From an uncultured Gemmatimonadota bacterium (GTDB lineage: Bacteria > Gemmatimonadota > CAZMKB01 > CAZNLH01): a stretch of 64,000 nucleotides of DNA. The stretch spans positions 97,324 through 161,323 of the forward strand of contig CAZNLH010000002.1 of assembly GCA_964573995.1 (NCBI GenBank), in the 5' to 3' direction. Within the stretch, counting starts at the first letter, position 1, and the number at the start of each line of letters is the position of its first letter. Made by a program: the position numbers and the translations under genes. Shown piece after piece: positions 10,762 through 18,665 of this stretch. The notes under the pieces are model-generated. The model did not search any database. It worked only from the letters and a program-made list of their open reading frames with translations, and was not told where the DNA came from.

Positions 10762-11615
10762 CTCACGGCCCTCCCCAGGAGCCTGGCGTAGAACAGGGTA
10801 AGCATGCCGACACAGGCGAAGACCGCCAGGGATATCGTGGAGCCGTAGCCGAACTCGAGGGTCTGGAAGAGGACCTTATAGGCGTAGATCGACAGGGTCT
10901 CCGTCGTGTTGGCCGGTCCTCCGCCGGTCAGGACATAGATGGAGTCGAAGACCCGGAAGGCGTCCAGGGTCCGGAAGACGAGCACGATGAGGATGACCGG
11001 CCGGAGCAGGGGAAGCGTGATCCTGAGGAGGATGGTTCCGCAGGAAGCTCCGTCAACCCGGGCGGCACGGTAGAGATCGCCGGGGATCCCCTTCAGACCG
11101 GCAAGGACGAGGAGAACGACGAAGGGGGTGGTCTTCCAGATGTCCACCAGGATCGCGGCATTCATCGCCCAGAAGGGGCTGCCCAGCCAGTTGACCTGGA
11201 CCCCCAGGAGATAGTTCAACAGGCCAAGATCCGGGTGATACAGCCATTCCCACATCCGGGCGGAGACGACCGTCGGGATGGCCCATGGGATCAGGACGAT
11301 GGAACGCATCAGCCCGGTTCCCCGCCTCGATCGATTCAGGAGAAGGGCGATCGATACCCCGATGACCAGCTCCAGGAAGACAGATACGCCGGTGAAGTAG
11401 GCCGTGTTCCAGAACGCGTTCCAGAAGCGGTCGTCGCCCAGGAGATGGGCGTAGTTTTCCAGGCCGGTAAAGTGGGCGGTTCCGAACAGGAGGAGCCGTC
11501 TGTGGAGGCTGAGCCAGAGGATGGAAAGGAGGGGGTAGACCGTCACCCCTGCCAGGAGCAGGAGGGAGGGGAGGAGGAAGGAGATCCCCCTCGTTCTCTG
11601 TCCGGCTCTCTTCAT
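10758..11615 (-). CDS. Carbohydrate ABC permease (MalF-like)
   Basis: GLENYAHLL, LIPWAIPTVV, DIWKTTPF, LYRAARVDGAS, FRTLDAFRVFD, GGGPANTTETLS. Confidence 0.94.
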   Translation of the reverse strand: MKRAGQRTRGISFLLPSLLLLAGVTVYPLLSILWLSLHRRLLLFGTAHFTGLENYAHLLGDDRFWNAFWNTAYFTGVSVFLELVIGVSIALLLNRSRRGTGLMRSIVLIPWAIPTVVSARMWEWLYHPDLGLLNYLLGVQVNWLGSPFWAMNAAILVDIWKTTPFVVLLVLAGLKGIPGDLYRAARVDGASCGTILLRITLPLLRPVILIVLVFRTLDAFRVFDSIYVLTGGGPANTTETLSIYAYKVLFQTLEFGYGSTISLAVFACVGMLTLFYARLLGRAVR

Positions 11616-12892
11616 CTGCCGTCGGCCTCCATGAGGAAGTCGATCTGCTCCGAGGCATCCTCCAGGGCCTCGCCGGGCTCCTTGATCCGGGAGATCACGG
11701 CGCTCAGCTCGGGCTGCATGACCTGGGAGATCATCATGTAGTAAGGTGTGACGGGCCTCGGCCGGGCATGCTCGAAGATGACGTACAGCGGGGCCATGAA
11801 GGGCCGGGCCCGGATCAGCTCCTCGTCGCGGTACAGCGCCTTGCGTGACGGCATGTATCCGACGCTCAGGGCGAGTTGTTTCTGCGCCCGGGCGGAGGTG
11901 AGGTAGCGGACCAGCCGCTCCGCCTCCTCCGGGTGCCGGCTGTTGCAGTTGATTCCGAGCTGCCAGCCGCCGAGCGTCGAGGCCTGTTCCCGGCCGGGAG
12001 TCCCGGGAAGGGGACAGACGCCCACCTTTCCCCGGACAGGAGACCCCTCCCGCTGGAAGAGCGTCCAGGCATAGGGCCAGTTGCGCATGAAGACGGCCTT
12101 CCCCTCTCCGAAGATCCGGCGAACGGGCTCCTCAGTCGACGTCAGGACGAATTCCGGAGTGATTCGGTACCGGTAGATCATGTCCCGCATGAAGGCGAGG
12201 GCGAGGCGGTTCTCCGGGCTGTCGACCACCGCCCGACCGTCTCTCAGGATGTCGCCGCCGTAACTCCAGATATACTCGAGAGCGTTGCAGACGAGTCCCT
12301 CGTACTGTTTCCCCTGCCACAGGAAGCCGTAGAGGCCCGGCTCGGCGCGTGTGATGGTTGTCGCCTCCCGCACGAGCTCGTCCCAGGTCCCCGGTGGGTC
12401 GAACCCGTACAGTTCCAGCAGGTCCTTCCGGTAGTAAAGGATCCCGGCGTCGATGTACCAGGGAACGGCGAAGACCCCTCCGTCCTGGGTGACGGCATCG
12501 ATGGGCCCCCGGAAGAAATCGCCCCGCCGGTCGGGTGGGAGGAGAGGACTCAGGTCCCGGAGCCAGCCGGCCCGCGAAAACTCGGGGACCCAGATAACGT
12601 CCATCGAGAGGACATCGAGATCGGAGGCACCCCCCTCCAGGTTGATCACGAAGTATTGGTGCTGCTCGTCGCTGGAGGAGGGAAGGATCTCGTCGCGGAC
12701 CCGGATGCCGGGATTCTCCGCCTCGAACCCACGGAGGATCTCCTCGAAGGCCTCCGGGTCGCCGGCGATCCTCCCGTGCTTGAAGACGAGGCTGACCGTC
12801 GCGGTCTGACGGGGCCTCTCCCTGGAACAGCCGCCGAGGAGACTGATAGATGCCGGGATCAGCAGGATAAGCACGAGGAGATTCATTCGCAT
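11612..12892 (-). CDS. Sugar-binding lipoprotein, trehalose/maltose-type (SBP_bac_1)
   Basis: Lipobox LLGGC; DVLSMDVIWVPEF, PWYIDAGILYYRKDLL, QYEGLVCN, VFMRNWPYAW, RPVTPYY resemble Thermus/Thermococcus trehalose-maltose binding proteins. Confidence 0.88.
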   Translation of the reverse strand: MRMNLLVLILLIPASISLLGGCSRERPRQTATVSLVFKHGRIAGDPEAFEEILRGFEAENPGIRVRDEILPSSSDEQHQYFVINLEGGASDLDVLSMDVIWVPEFSRAGWLRDLSPLLPPDRRGDFFRGPIDAVTQDGGVFAVPWYIDAGILYYRKDLLELYGFDPPGTWDELVREATTITRAEPGLYGFLWQGKQYEGLVCNALEYIWSYGGDILRDGRAVVDSPENRLALAFMRDMIYRYRITPEFVLTSTEEPVRRIFGEGKAVFMRNWPYAWTLFQREGSPVRGKVGVCPLPGTPGREQASTLGGWQLGINCNSRHPEEAERLVRYLTSARAQKQLALSVGYMPSRKALYRDEELIRARPFMAPLYVIFEHARPRPVTPYYMMISQVMQPELSAVISRIKEPGEALEDASEQIDFLMEADGR

Positions 12893-12955
12893 CGTTGCAC
12901 CGTGTTCCGGATGAAATTGGTTGGGAGCGGGTCAACTCCATCCATTCCTTCCCTA

Positions 12956-12985
12956 AGAATACGTGGATGAACTCCTGCCTGTCAA
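12956..12985 (-). promoter_or_regulatory. sigma70-type promoter of the sugar ABC operon
   Basis: Minus strand TTGACA (12985-12980), 18 nt, TATTCT (12961-12956), about 60 nt upstream of the SBP start. Confidence 0.6.
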
Positions 12986-13437
12986 TAGCCGGCAGGATCT
13001 GGATCTGAGCCTGTTGCTAAGTCGACATCAGGGAAGCGCTTTCTTTGAGCATAGGTAAAGGGTGACTAGGGGACCTTACCCGGCAACTTGCCCACCACGA
13101 ACGTGGTCCGTAGAATTCATTTGCAGAGGCGTTGGATAACGAGGATGCCGGTCACGAGCGTGGCAGCCGGCGCAGTGAATACGTCCCGGGTATGAGGTGC
13201 AGCAAGACCACGTTACACTAAGCAGTCCCTGGGATCCACAAGGTCATGGCGAGCAAAGGGTGCTATATATTCAGATATCGCATATGTCAATAATATAACG
13301 CGTCGATATGTATCAGGACGTAAAATTAAAAGTGCATTGTTGGGGATATTAATATATAGATATATGGCATTAAGTCTAATGTTGGTACTTATAGTCTTAT
13401 AACCATGCGAAATTTCAGAAAAAGGGGGAAGGCATCC

Positions 13438-13466
13438 TTGACATTACCGGTGGGATGTGATAATAT
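13438..13466 (+). promoter_or_regulatory. Strong sigma70 promoter with extended -10
   Basis: TTGACA (13438-13443), 17 nt, TGn-TAATAT (13461-13466), preceded by AT-rich DNA; architecture nearly identical to the promoter at 20919. Confidence 0.75.
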
Positions 13467-13472
13467 TATATA

Positions 13473-13602
13473 AAGCGTTTGTGCTTGTTCACCCTATTCA
13501 CGTGGTTAAGACACTGGTGATAGGGTCATAAGTTCAGGACTTAGACTTCTGAGCTTAACTGCCGAAGGCCCCGCTCTTTTAACACCGGAGTGGGGCTTTT
13601 TT
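13473..13602 (+). ncRNA. Candidate novel small RNA (~130 nt)
   Basis: Bounded by the promoter and an intrinsic terminator. Hairpins at 13491-13526 and 13529-13557 have related loops GUUAAGA and CUUAGAC. I recognise no Rfam family. Confidence 0.55.
13565..13602 (+). terminator. Rho-independent terminator
   Basis: GCCCCGCTC (13568-13576) pairs with GAGTGGGGC (13588-13596; one G-U pair), followed by T6. Confidence 0.8.
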
Positions 13603-13864
13603 AATGAGATGAGTTCTATCTCCCGAGGGACGGATCAGGCCAGGGGATAAGTGTCGTACGCGCCGCCTGAAAACGTTTGTGATCACGAAGACTGAGGGAA
13701 ATAATCGTATCCATCTACGAATCCCTCGCGTTATTCCAGCCAAACATGTGCCCCGCAACAGGGGCTACTCTCTGTAATATCATGGCGTTGGGCGAGCCAT
13801 CATCCAATCGGCTCCTGCAGGAACACCTCTTGCATCTTCTTTCCGGCACCCCCACCTTACTGAA

Positions 13865-13894
13865 CTTCTATCTCCCAGTGCCTTCTATCTCCCA
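13865..13894. repeat. Tandem 13-mer CTTCTATCTCCCA x2 (partial third copy at 13614-13624)
   Basis: Exact copies at 13865-13877 and 13882-13894; TTCTATCTCCC at 13614. Confidence 0.8.
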
Positions 13895-13968
13895 CTCTTC
13901 TCGCGACTGAAAACAGGCAGGCCACTGGACCTGCGGGGAATCCGTGCTCCCCGCCCTGGAGGGCAAGT

Positions 13969-15816
13969 ATGTGGTTGGAACGAATGGCCACCCATCTCTG
14001 GGTGTTTTTGCCGAGGCGGGCACTGATCTTGTTGCTGCTATCGGCTGAGTTGACGATATATGCGGGGCGAGTCGACTCTCAGATAGTCATCAATGAGGTC
14101 ATGTCCAACGCCCCCGGCCTCGAAACGGGTTCAGGCAGCCCGGGGGACCGGATGGAGTTCATTGAACTCTTGAACCTCTCCACCTCGCAGGCGGTGGACC
14201 TTAAGGGCTGGACAATCGAAGATGACGATGCCTCCGATGATCTCACCGAGTGGGATAGGAACCCCGGTGATTCGACGGGCTCCTCGACTGTGGTCAGTGG
14301 GACCACGATTCTCAAGGCCGGCGGGTTCGCGCTGATCCTCGATCCCGAATACTTCGAGGGAGGAGAGGGGGGATGGTATGACATCGCGGAGAGTACGCTC
14401 GTGATAACGGTCGGAAATACGACGCTGGGTAACGGGTTGTCGGGCAATGATCCCCTGGTTCTGCGCAACAGTGAGGGGGATACCGTTTCGACGTTCGGCA
14501 CACCAGGCTGGGATGATGATTTCCCCCAGGACCCGGGAGATGGGATCTCGTGGGAGCGCTTTGACCCGTCGATGGGTGATGAAGCGGCCAACTGGATACG
14601 ATCGGAGGACCCTGCAGGATGCACGCCAGGGAGGCGGAACAGCCGGTCCATCCGGATAAATGTCTCTATCCCTGGGTCCACGCTCGTGGTAGATCCGGCC
14701 CGGCCGGAGGCGGGCGGCAGTCTGGACCTTACCGGGACTGTCATCAATCGTGGATTGGCGGCCACACCACCGTTCGAGGTGCGTTTCTTTCTTGACTCGA
14801 ACCAGGATGGGAGGATGGGCCCGGGGGAGGCCCAGCGGACCGAGGGCATCAATGGGGCGATAGAACCGGGCGAGCACCTCTCTATTTCTGCACGACTCGA
14901 TCTTGGTCCGAGCGGCTATTACACGATCGGGATGACGGCCGTCCTTGCCGAGGACGGAGATACAACCGACAACACGGCCGGCGTGGAGATAATGGTGGGC
15001 GATGCTAGTCGCAGGGTCGTCGTGAACGAGGTCTATTACAACCCCGGGGATGGAGAGGAAGAGTGGGTGGAAGTCTATAATCGCTCTTCCAGGACAGTCG
15101 ATATGAGCAATTGGAGGCTTTCGGACAACAGGACTACCGGTCTCCTGCCGGGCCATCCGCTCCTCCTCGGAGAGGGAGAATATGCGGTCCTGGCCGGCGA
15201 TTCCGCCTCCCTTGTCACCTCTCGGTCCTACCTCTCAGGCAGGCACATCTTTGAAGTGGACCCGTTCCCATCCCTCGGCAATCGAGGTGACACCCTTAGC
15301 CTGGAGACTGCGAGTGGTTACCTGTCAGATCGGGTGGAGTACAGTTCAGGATGGGGAGGTAGGAAGGGTGTCTCACTGGAGAGGGTAAATCCCGATGAAC
15401 TCGAACCCGGTCCATCCGGCTGGGGCTCTTCGGTGGACCCGGTGGGCTCGACGCCGGCGGAGCGGAACAGCATCTTCCAGGGTGCTGTGGTGAGTGGGGC
15501 ATCCCTACAGGTCTCCCCGAGTGTCTTCTCCCCGGATGGAGACGGCCGGGATGACAGGGCCGTGATCCGGTATCAACTGCCCGTTCCAAGGGCCCGGGTG
15601 AGGATGTTGGTGTTCGATGTCACGGGACGGCGTCGTAGGATCCTGCTGGACCAGGTCGAGAGCGGCAGCGAGGGCCTCGTGGTATGGGATGGGAGGGACG
15701 ATGGAGGGCGGACCCTGCCGATCGGGATCTACGTTGTTTTCATGGAGGCGATAGAGGGTTACAGCGGCTACCAACTGCGGGAGAAGACTGGAGTGGTCCT
15801 GGGGGGGATACTTTGA
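13969..15816 (+). CDS. Secreted protein: two lamin-tail domains, CARDB/Ig domain and FlgD/gliding-motility-type C-terminal domain
   Basis: Signal peptide; LTD motifs VINEVMSN..EFIELLN..DLKGWTI and VVNEVYYNP..EWVEVYN..MSNWRL; CARDB-like DGDTTDNT; CTD VFSPDGDGRDD...WDGRDDGGRTLPIGIY. Confidence 0.85.
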   Translation: MWLERMATHLWVFLPRRALILLLLSAELTIYAGRVDSQIVINEVMSNAPGLETGSGSPGDRMEFIELLNLSTSQAVDLKGWTIEDDDASDDLTEWDRNPGDSTGSSTVVSGTTILKAGGFALILDPEYFEGGEGGWYDIAESTLVITVGNTTLGNGLSGNDPLVLRNSEGDTVSTFGTPGWDDDFPQDPGDGISWERFDPSMGDEAANWIRSEDPAGCTPGRRNSRSIRINVSIPGSTLVVDPARPEAGGSLDLTGTVINRGLAATPPFEVRFFLDSNQDGRMGPGEAQRTEGINGAIEPGEHLSISARLDLGPSGYYTIGMTAVLAEDGDTTDNTAGVEIMVGDASRRVVVNEVYYNPGDGEEEWVEVYNRSSRTVDMSNWRLSDNRTTGLLPGHPLLLGEGEYAVLAGDSASLVTSRSYLSGRHIFEVDPFPSLGNRGDTLSLETASGYLSDRVEYSSGWGGRKGVSLERVNPDELEPGPSGWGSSVDPVGSTPAERNSIFQGAVVSGASLQVSPSVFSPDGDGRDDRAVIRYQLPVPRARVRMLVFDVTGRRRRILLDQVESGSEGLVVWDGRDDGGRTLPIGIYVVFMEAIEGYSGYQLREKTGVVLGGIL

Positions 15817-15833
15817 CGGCCTGCGGTCGCAGG

Positions 15834-16670
15834 ATGCTCCTGGTGTTGCTGATCATCCAGGCCGCCACGTGGCACGTTGCTCGCCCAGCACGGGCGGCAT
15901 TCGAGGGGTGGCAAGTGGGGGCGGATGTGTGTGGGCTCTCCGTGAGCGGTGTCTCCCTGGACGATCCACTCTTCATCCCCTTCATCAATCCCGCTGCCTA
16001 TCGCGAGGAAACCTGCTGGCGCCTTTCCACCTTCTATTCCCGCAGGTTCGACATGAGGGAATTGACAAGGATCGCGCTCGCCTTATCCCGGGGCGGGCAC
16101 AGGTTCGTGTGGTCCATGGGTGCGGAGAGGTTCGGCAATGATCTCTATGGGGAGGAGGTGATCGTCCTGGGGCTGGGATTCCCCTTCTTGGGGCGGTCGA
16201 GGGTGGGCTTGTCGGGGAAGTTCTGCAATCTTTGGATCAGTGGATATGGGACCGCTGCCGCTCCCGCCCTGGATATAGGCTGGAGTACCCTGGCCGGTGA
16301 CGGCCTCCGCCTGGGGGCGGTCTGGCGAAACGTGAACCGACCCGAACTCGGCCTTTCAGGGGAGGAAATCCCCGGAGGCCTGATCGTCGGAGTAAGCGGT
16401 ACTATTTCGGGCCGTCTGAGTTGGACTGTTGAGGACAGGAGGTTGTTCCCGGGCGGAAGCGGCGTTGGGTTCGGAGTCGCCGGGCGACTTTACGGGGGAT
16501 TCCGTGCCGAGATGGGCTATCGTCGTGAGACGGGTGAGTACAGCATGGGCGCAACGATGAACCTATCCTTGTTGCGCTGGGACTATTCGGTTTCTATCCA
16601 TCCGATGCTGGGGATCACCCACTACATCTCTATGGCAATCGGGTTCGGCGGCCCGGGGCCCAGGTGGTGA
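15834..16670 (+). CDS. Predicted outer-membrane beta-barrel protein (PorV/PorP-like small barrel)
   Basis: Signal-like N-terminus, NPAAY plug-like motif, alternating amphipathic strands, HPMLGITHYISM terminal strand. Start moved to ATG 15834 (ORF track 15684). Confidence 0.6.
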   Translation: MLLVLLIIQAATWHVARPARAAFEGWQVGADVCGLSVSGVSLDDPLFIPFINPAAYREETCWRLSTFYSRRFDMRELTRIALALSRGGHRFVWSMGAERFGNDLYGEEVIVLGLGFPFLGRSRVGLSGKFCNLWISGYGTAAAPALDIGWSTLAGDGLRLGAVWRNVNRPELGLSGEEIPGGLIVGVSGTISGRLSWTVEDRRLFPGGSGVGFGVAGRLYGGFRAEMGYRRETGEYSMGATMNLSLLRWDYSVSIHPMLGITHYISMAIGFGGPGPRW

Positions 16671-18595
16671 TGAAGGGCAGGTCGAGCGCTCGAGGGATGG
16701 CCTCAATGCCATTGATAATGATGGTCTTGACGGCCTTGCTTGTTGCGCATTCAGGTCTATCGGGCGCTACGGAGGTGGAGGGGGAAGATGGATATGCCGA
16801 ATTCAGCGAGGAGTTGGCTATACGAGGGGTCGATATAAACCGTGCGACGATGGAAGAACTTGCGGTGCTGCCCGGGATTTCGACGGCTATTGCGGCACGG
16901 ATCGTAGAAAAGAGGAAGGAGGTCGGCGGCTTCACCTCTCCTGGAGATCTGGTCCGAATGGGCCTCGTATCCGAGCGGCTTTACCTCGCGCTGCGCCAAT
17001 ACATAGTGGTTGGGAGGCCTGAAGATCGTTCGGTTGATCGTGTATCCTTCAGGGCACGTGGCAGCGGCAACTGGCCGGAGGGTGGAGAAATCATGCCGGC
17101 GTTGGGAATTTACCAGCGTATCCAGTGGGATCATGGTGACACGTGGACGCTGGGAGCCATCACTGAACGAGATCCCGGAGAGCCTCGCCTGGCCGATCAA
17201 TGGAAGATCTCCCTCGCCTGTCGACGGGAAGGTTTGATCAGGAGGGTGATCGCTGGTAATATGAGGTATGAACTCGCAGGGGGCCTACTATTCTTCACGA
17301 GGAGCCGGATCAGCATCTCTTCCTTCGAGCCGGGCGTAATCGGGAGGAGGGGGCGAGGACTCGGTATCGATCTTTCCGCCTCGGAGGGATATCCTCTCAG
17401 GGGCATCGGAATGGAGGTGGAGGCCTCTCCGCGCCTGTCGGTGACAGTACTCGGCTCTTCTACGCCGCTCGATGTGGACCGCGATGAGGTGGGGAGGGTG
17501 ACCAGCATTAGATCGTCTGGTTATCATCCTTCCTCATCGCGAGCCGATCGAGGCGGGGTTCATCTGAGGACTCTTGCCGGGCACGCGGCTATACGCATCA
17601 ACGGCAAAAATTCAGTCGGACTCACCATGGCGGATCTCTCCTATTCAGAAGAAATCTTCCCCCCACTCGATGAGGTAAACTTCTATTCCTTTAGAGGCTC
17701 GCGCAGGGACTTTGCCGGTATCGACTGGGATTTCACTCCCGCTAAGGTGGGCCTCTTCGGAGAGGCAGCAGTAGAATTCGACCGAGGTCATGGTCTTGTT
17801 GCCGGAGTGGAGGGTGGGAAAGGACTGATCAGGTGGAATTTCCTGGTCCGGGATTACAGCCCTGATTTCTCCCCGCCATTCGGTAATCCCTTTCAAGACG
17901 GAAGCGGTCAACCTGCCAATGAAAGGGGTATATATACGGACGTGGCATGGAGATGGTCGCCGGACCTCCTCGTTGCTCTCTACCTTGACACGTGTCATAG
18001 GCCATGGAGGAGGGAGAGGGAGCCGTTTCCATCGAGCCGGAGCGAGGTCGGCGTCGAGGCGCAATGGCGGATGGAAGAGAGAACACGTATAACGGTACGT
18101 TACCTGGAGAGCCAAGGAGAGGCTGGTGAAATGGGTGGGATAATGGAAGAAAACCGAGGGCAGAGAAAGAGGAAACTGCGGCTGCAGGTGGACGTAGACA
18201 ATTCGAGGATCAAACTGAGGGGGCGCTACGAGTTGGTGCTATACCGGCCGGACCTCGCCCCCGGTGCCGGTGGGAGTCTCCTCTACTTTGACAGTCGGGT
18301 GCGGCCCCGGGACTTTATATCCATTTATTTGCGCGTCTCGTTCTTCGGGGTTGAATCGAGCAGGGCCATGGTGTATGCCTACGAGAACGATCTCCCCGGG
18401 GTTATGCACATATCCTCTTTTTCCGGCGAGGGGATGAGGTGGTACGTCTACGGCCGATATCACCTCGGCGAGCACCTGGCCTTCAGCGCCAAGTACAGCG
18501 AAGAGGCGAGGCTCTTGGTGGAAGGTAGCGGGCCGAACAGTGGGGATGAGGTCATTGAGAGGGGCTTCGGCATGCAGATCGATGTTCAGTATTAA
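16664..18595 (+). CDS. Helix-hairpin-helix (ComEA-like) domain protein with C-terminal beta-barrel
   Basis: VDINRATMEELAVLPGISTAIAARIVEKRKEVGGFTSPGDL (HHH_3); long beta-strand-rich remainder ending in an aromatic residue (QIDVQY). Confidence 0.8.
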   Translation: MVMKGRSSARGMASMPLIMMVLTALLVAHSGLSGATEVEGEDGYAEFSEELAIRGVDINRATMEELAVLPGISTAIAARIVEKRKEVGGFTSPGDLVRMGLVSERLYLALRQYIVVGRPEDRSVDRVSFRARGSGNWPEGGEIMPALGIYQRIQWDHGDTWTLGAITERDPGEPRLADQWKISLACRREGLIRRVIAGNMRYELAGGLLFFTRSRISISSFEPGVIGRRGRGLGIDLSASEGYPLRGIGMEVEASPRLSVTVLGSSTPLDVDRDEVGRVTSIRSSGYHPSSSRADRGGVHLRTLAGHAAIRINGKNSVGLTMADLSYSEEIFPPLDEVNFYSFRGSRRDFAGIDWDFTPAKVGLFGEAAVEFDRGHGLVAGVEGGKGLIRWNFLVRDYSPDFSPPFGNPFQDGSGQPANERGIYTDVAWRWSPDLLVALYLDTCHRPWRREREPFPSSRSEVGVEAQWRMEERTRITVRYLESQGEAGEMGGIMEENRGQRKRKLRLQVDVDNSRIKLRGRYELVLYRPDLAPGAGGSLLYFDSRVRPRDFISIYLRVSFFGVESSRAMVYAYENDLPGVMHISSFSGEGMRWYVYGRYHLGEHLAFSAKYSEEARLLVEGSGPNSGDEVIERGFGMQIDVQY

Positions 18596-18665
18596 GTACC
18601 AGAGTGCGCGATCGGCTCAAGGGTTTCTTCGGGGAGATGGCCCGATGAGGGGAAAATCACGGCAG

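Noticed and set aside
12995-13020. Possible sigma54 -24/-12 promoter (TGG...TTGCT)
   Set aside because: GG-to-GC spacing is 13 nt rather than the required 10.
13021-13120. Resemblance to SAM-I (CCCGGCAAC), ZTP (GTGACT) or cobalamin riboswitches
   Set aside because: The flanking conserved elements (ATCnAGAG and GGTGCnAAnTCC; GCCTGGGC; the B12 box) are missing.
13473-13602. IS110 bridge-RNA interpretation of the sRNA
   Set aside because: No IS110 recombinase is nearby, and the matching motifs sit in 7-nt apical loops rather than bipartite internal loops; retained only as a statistical check in the findings.
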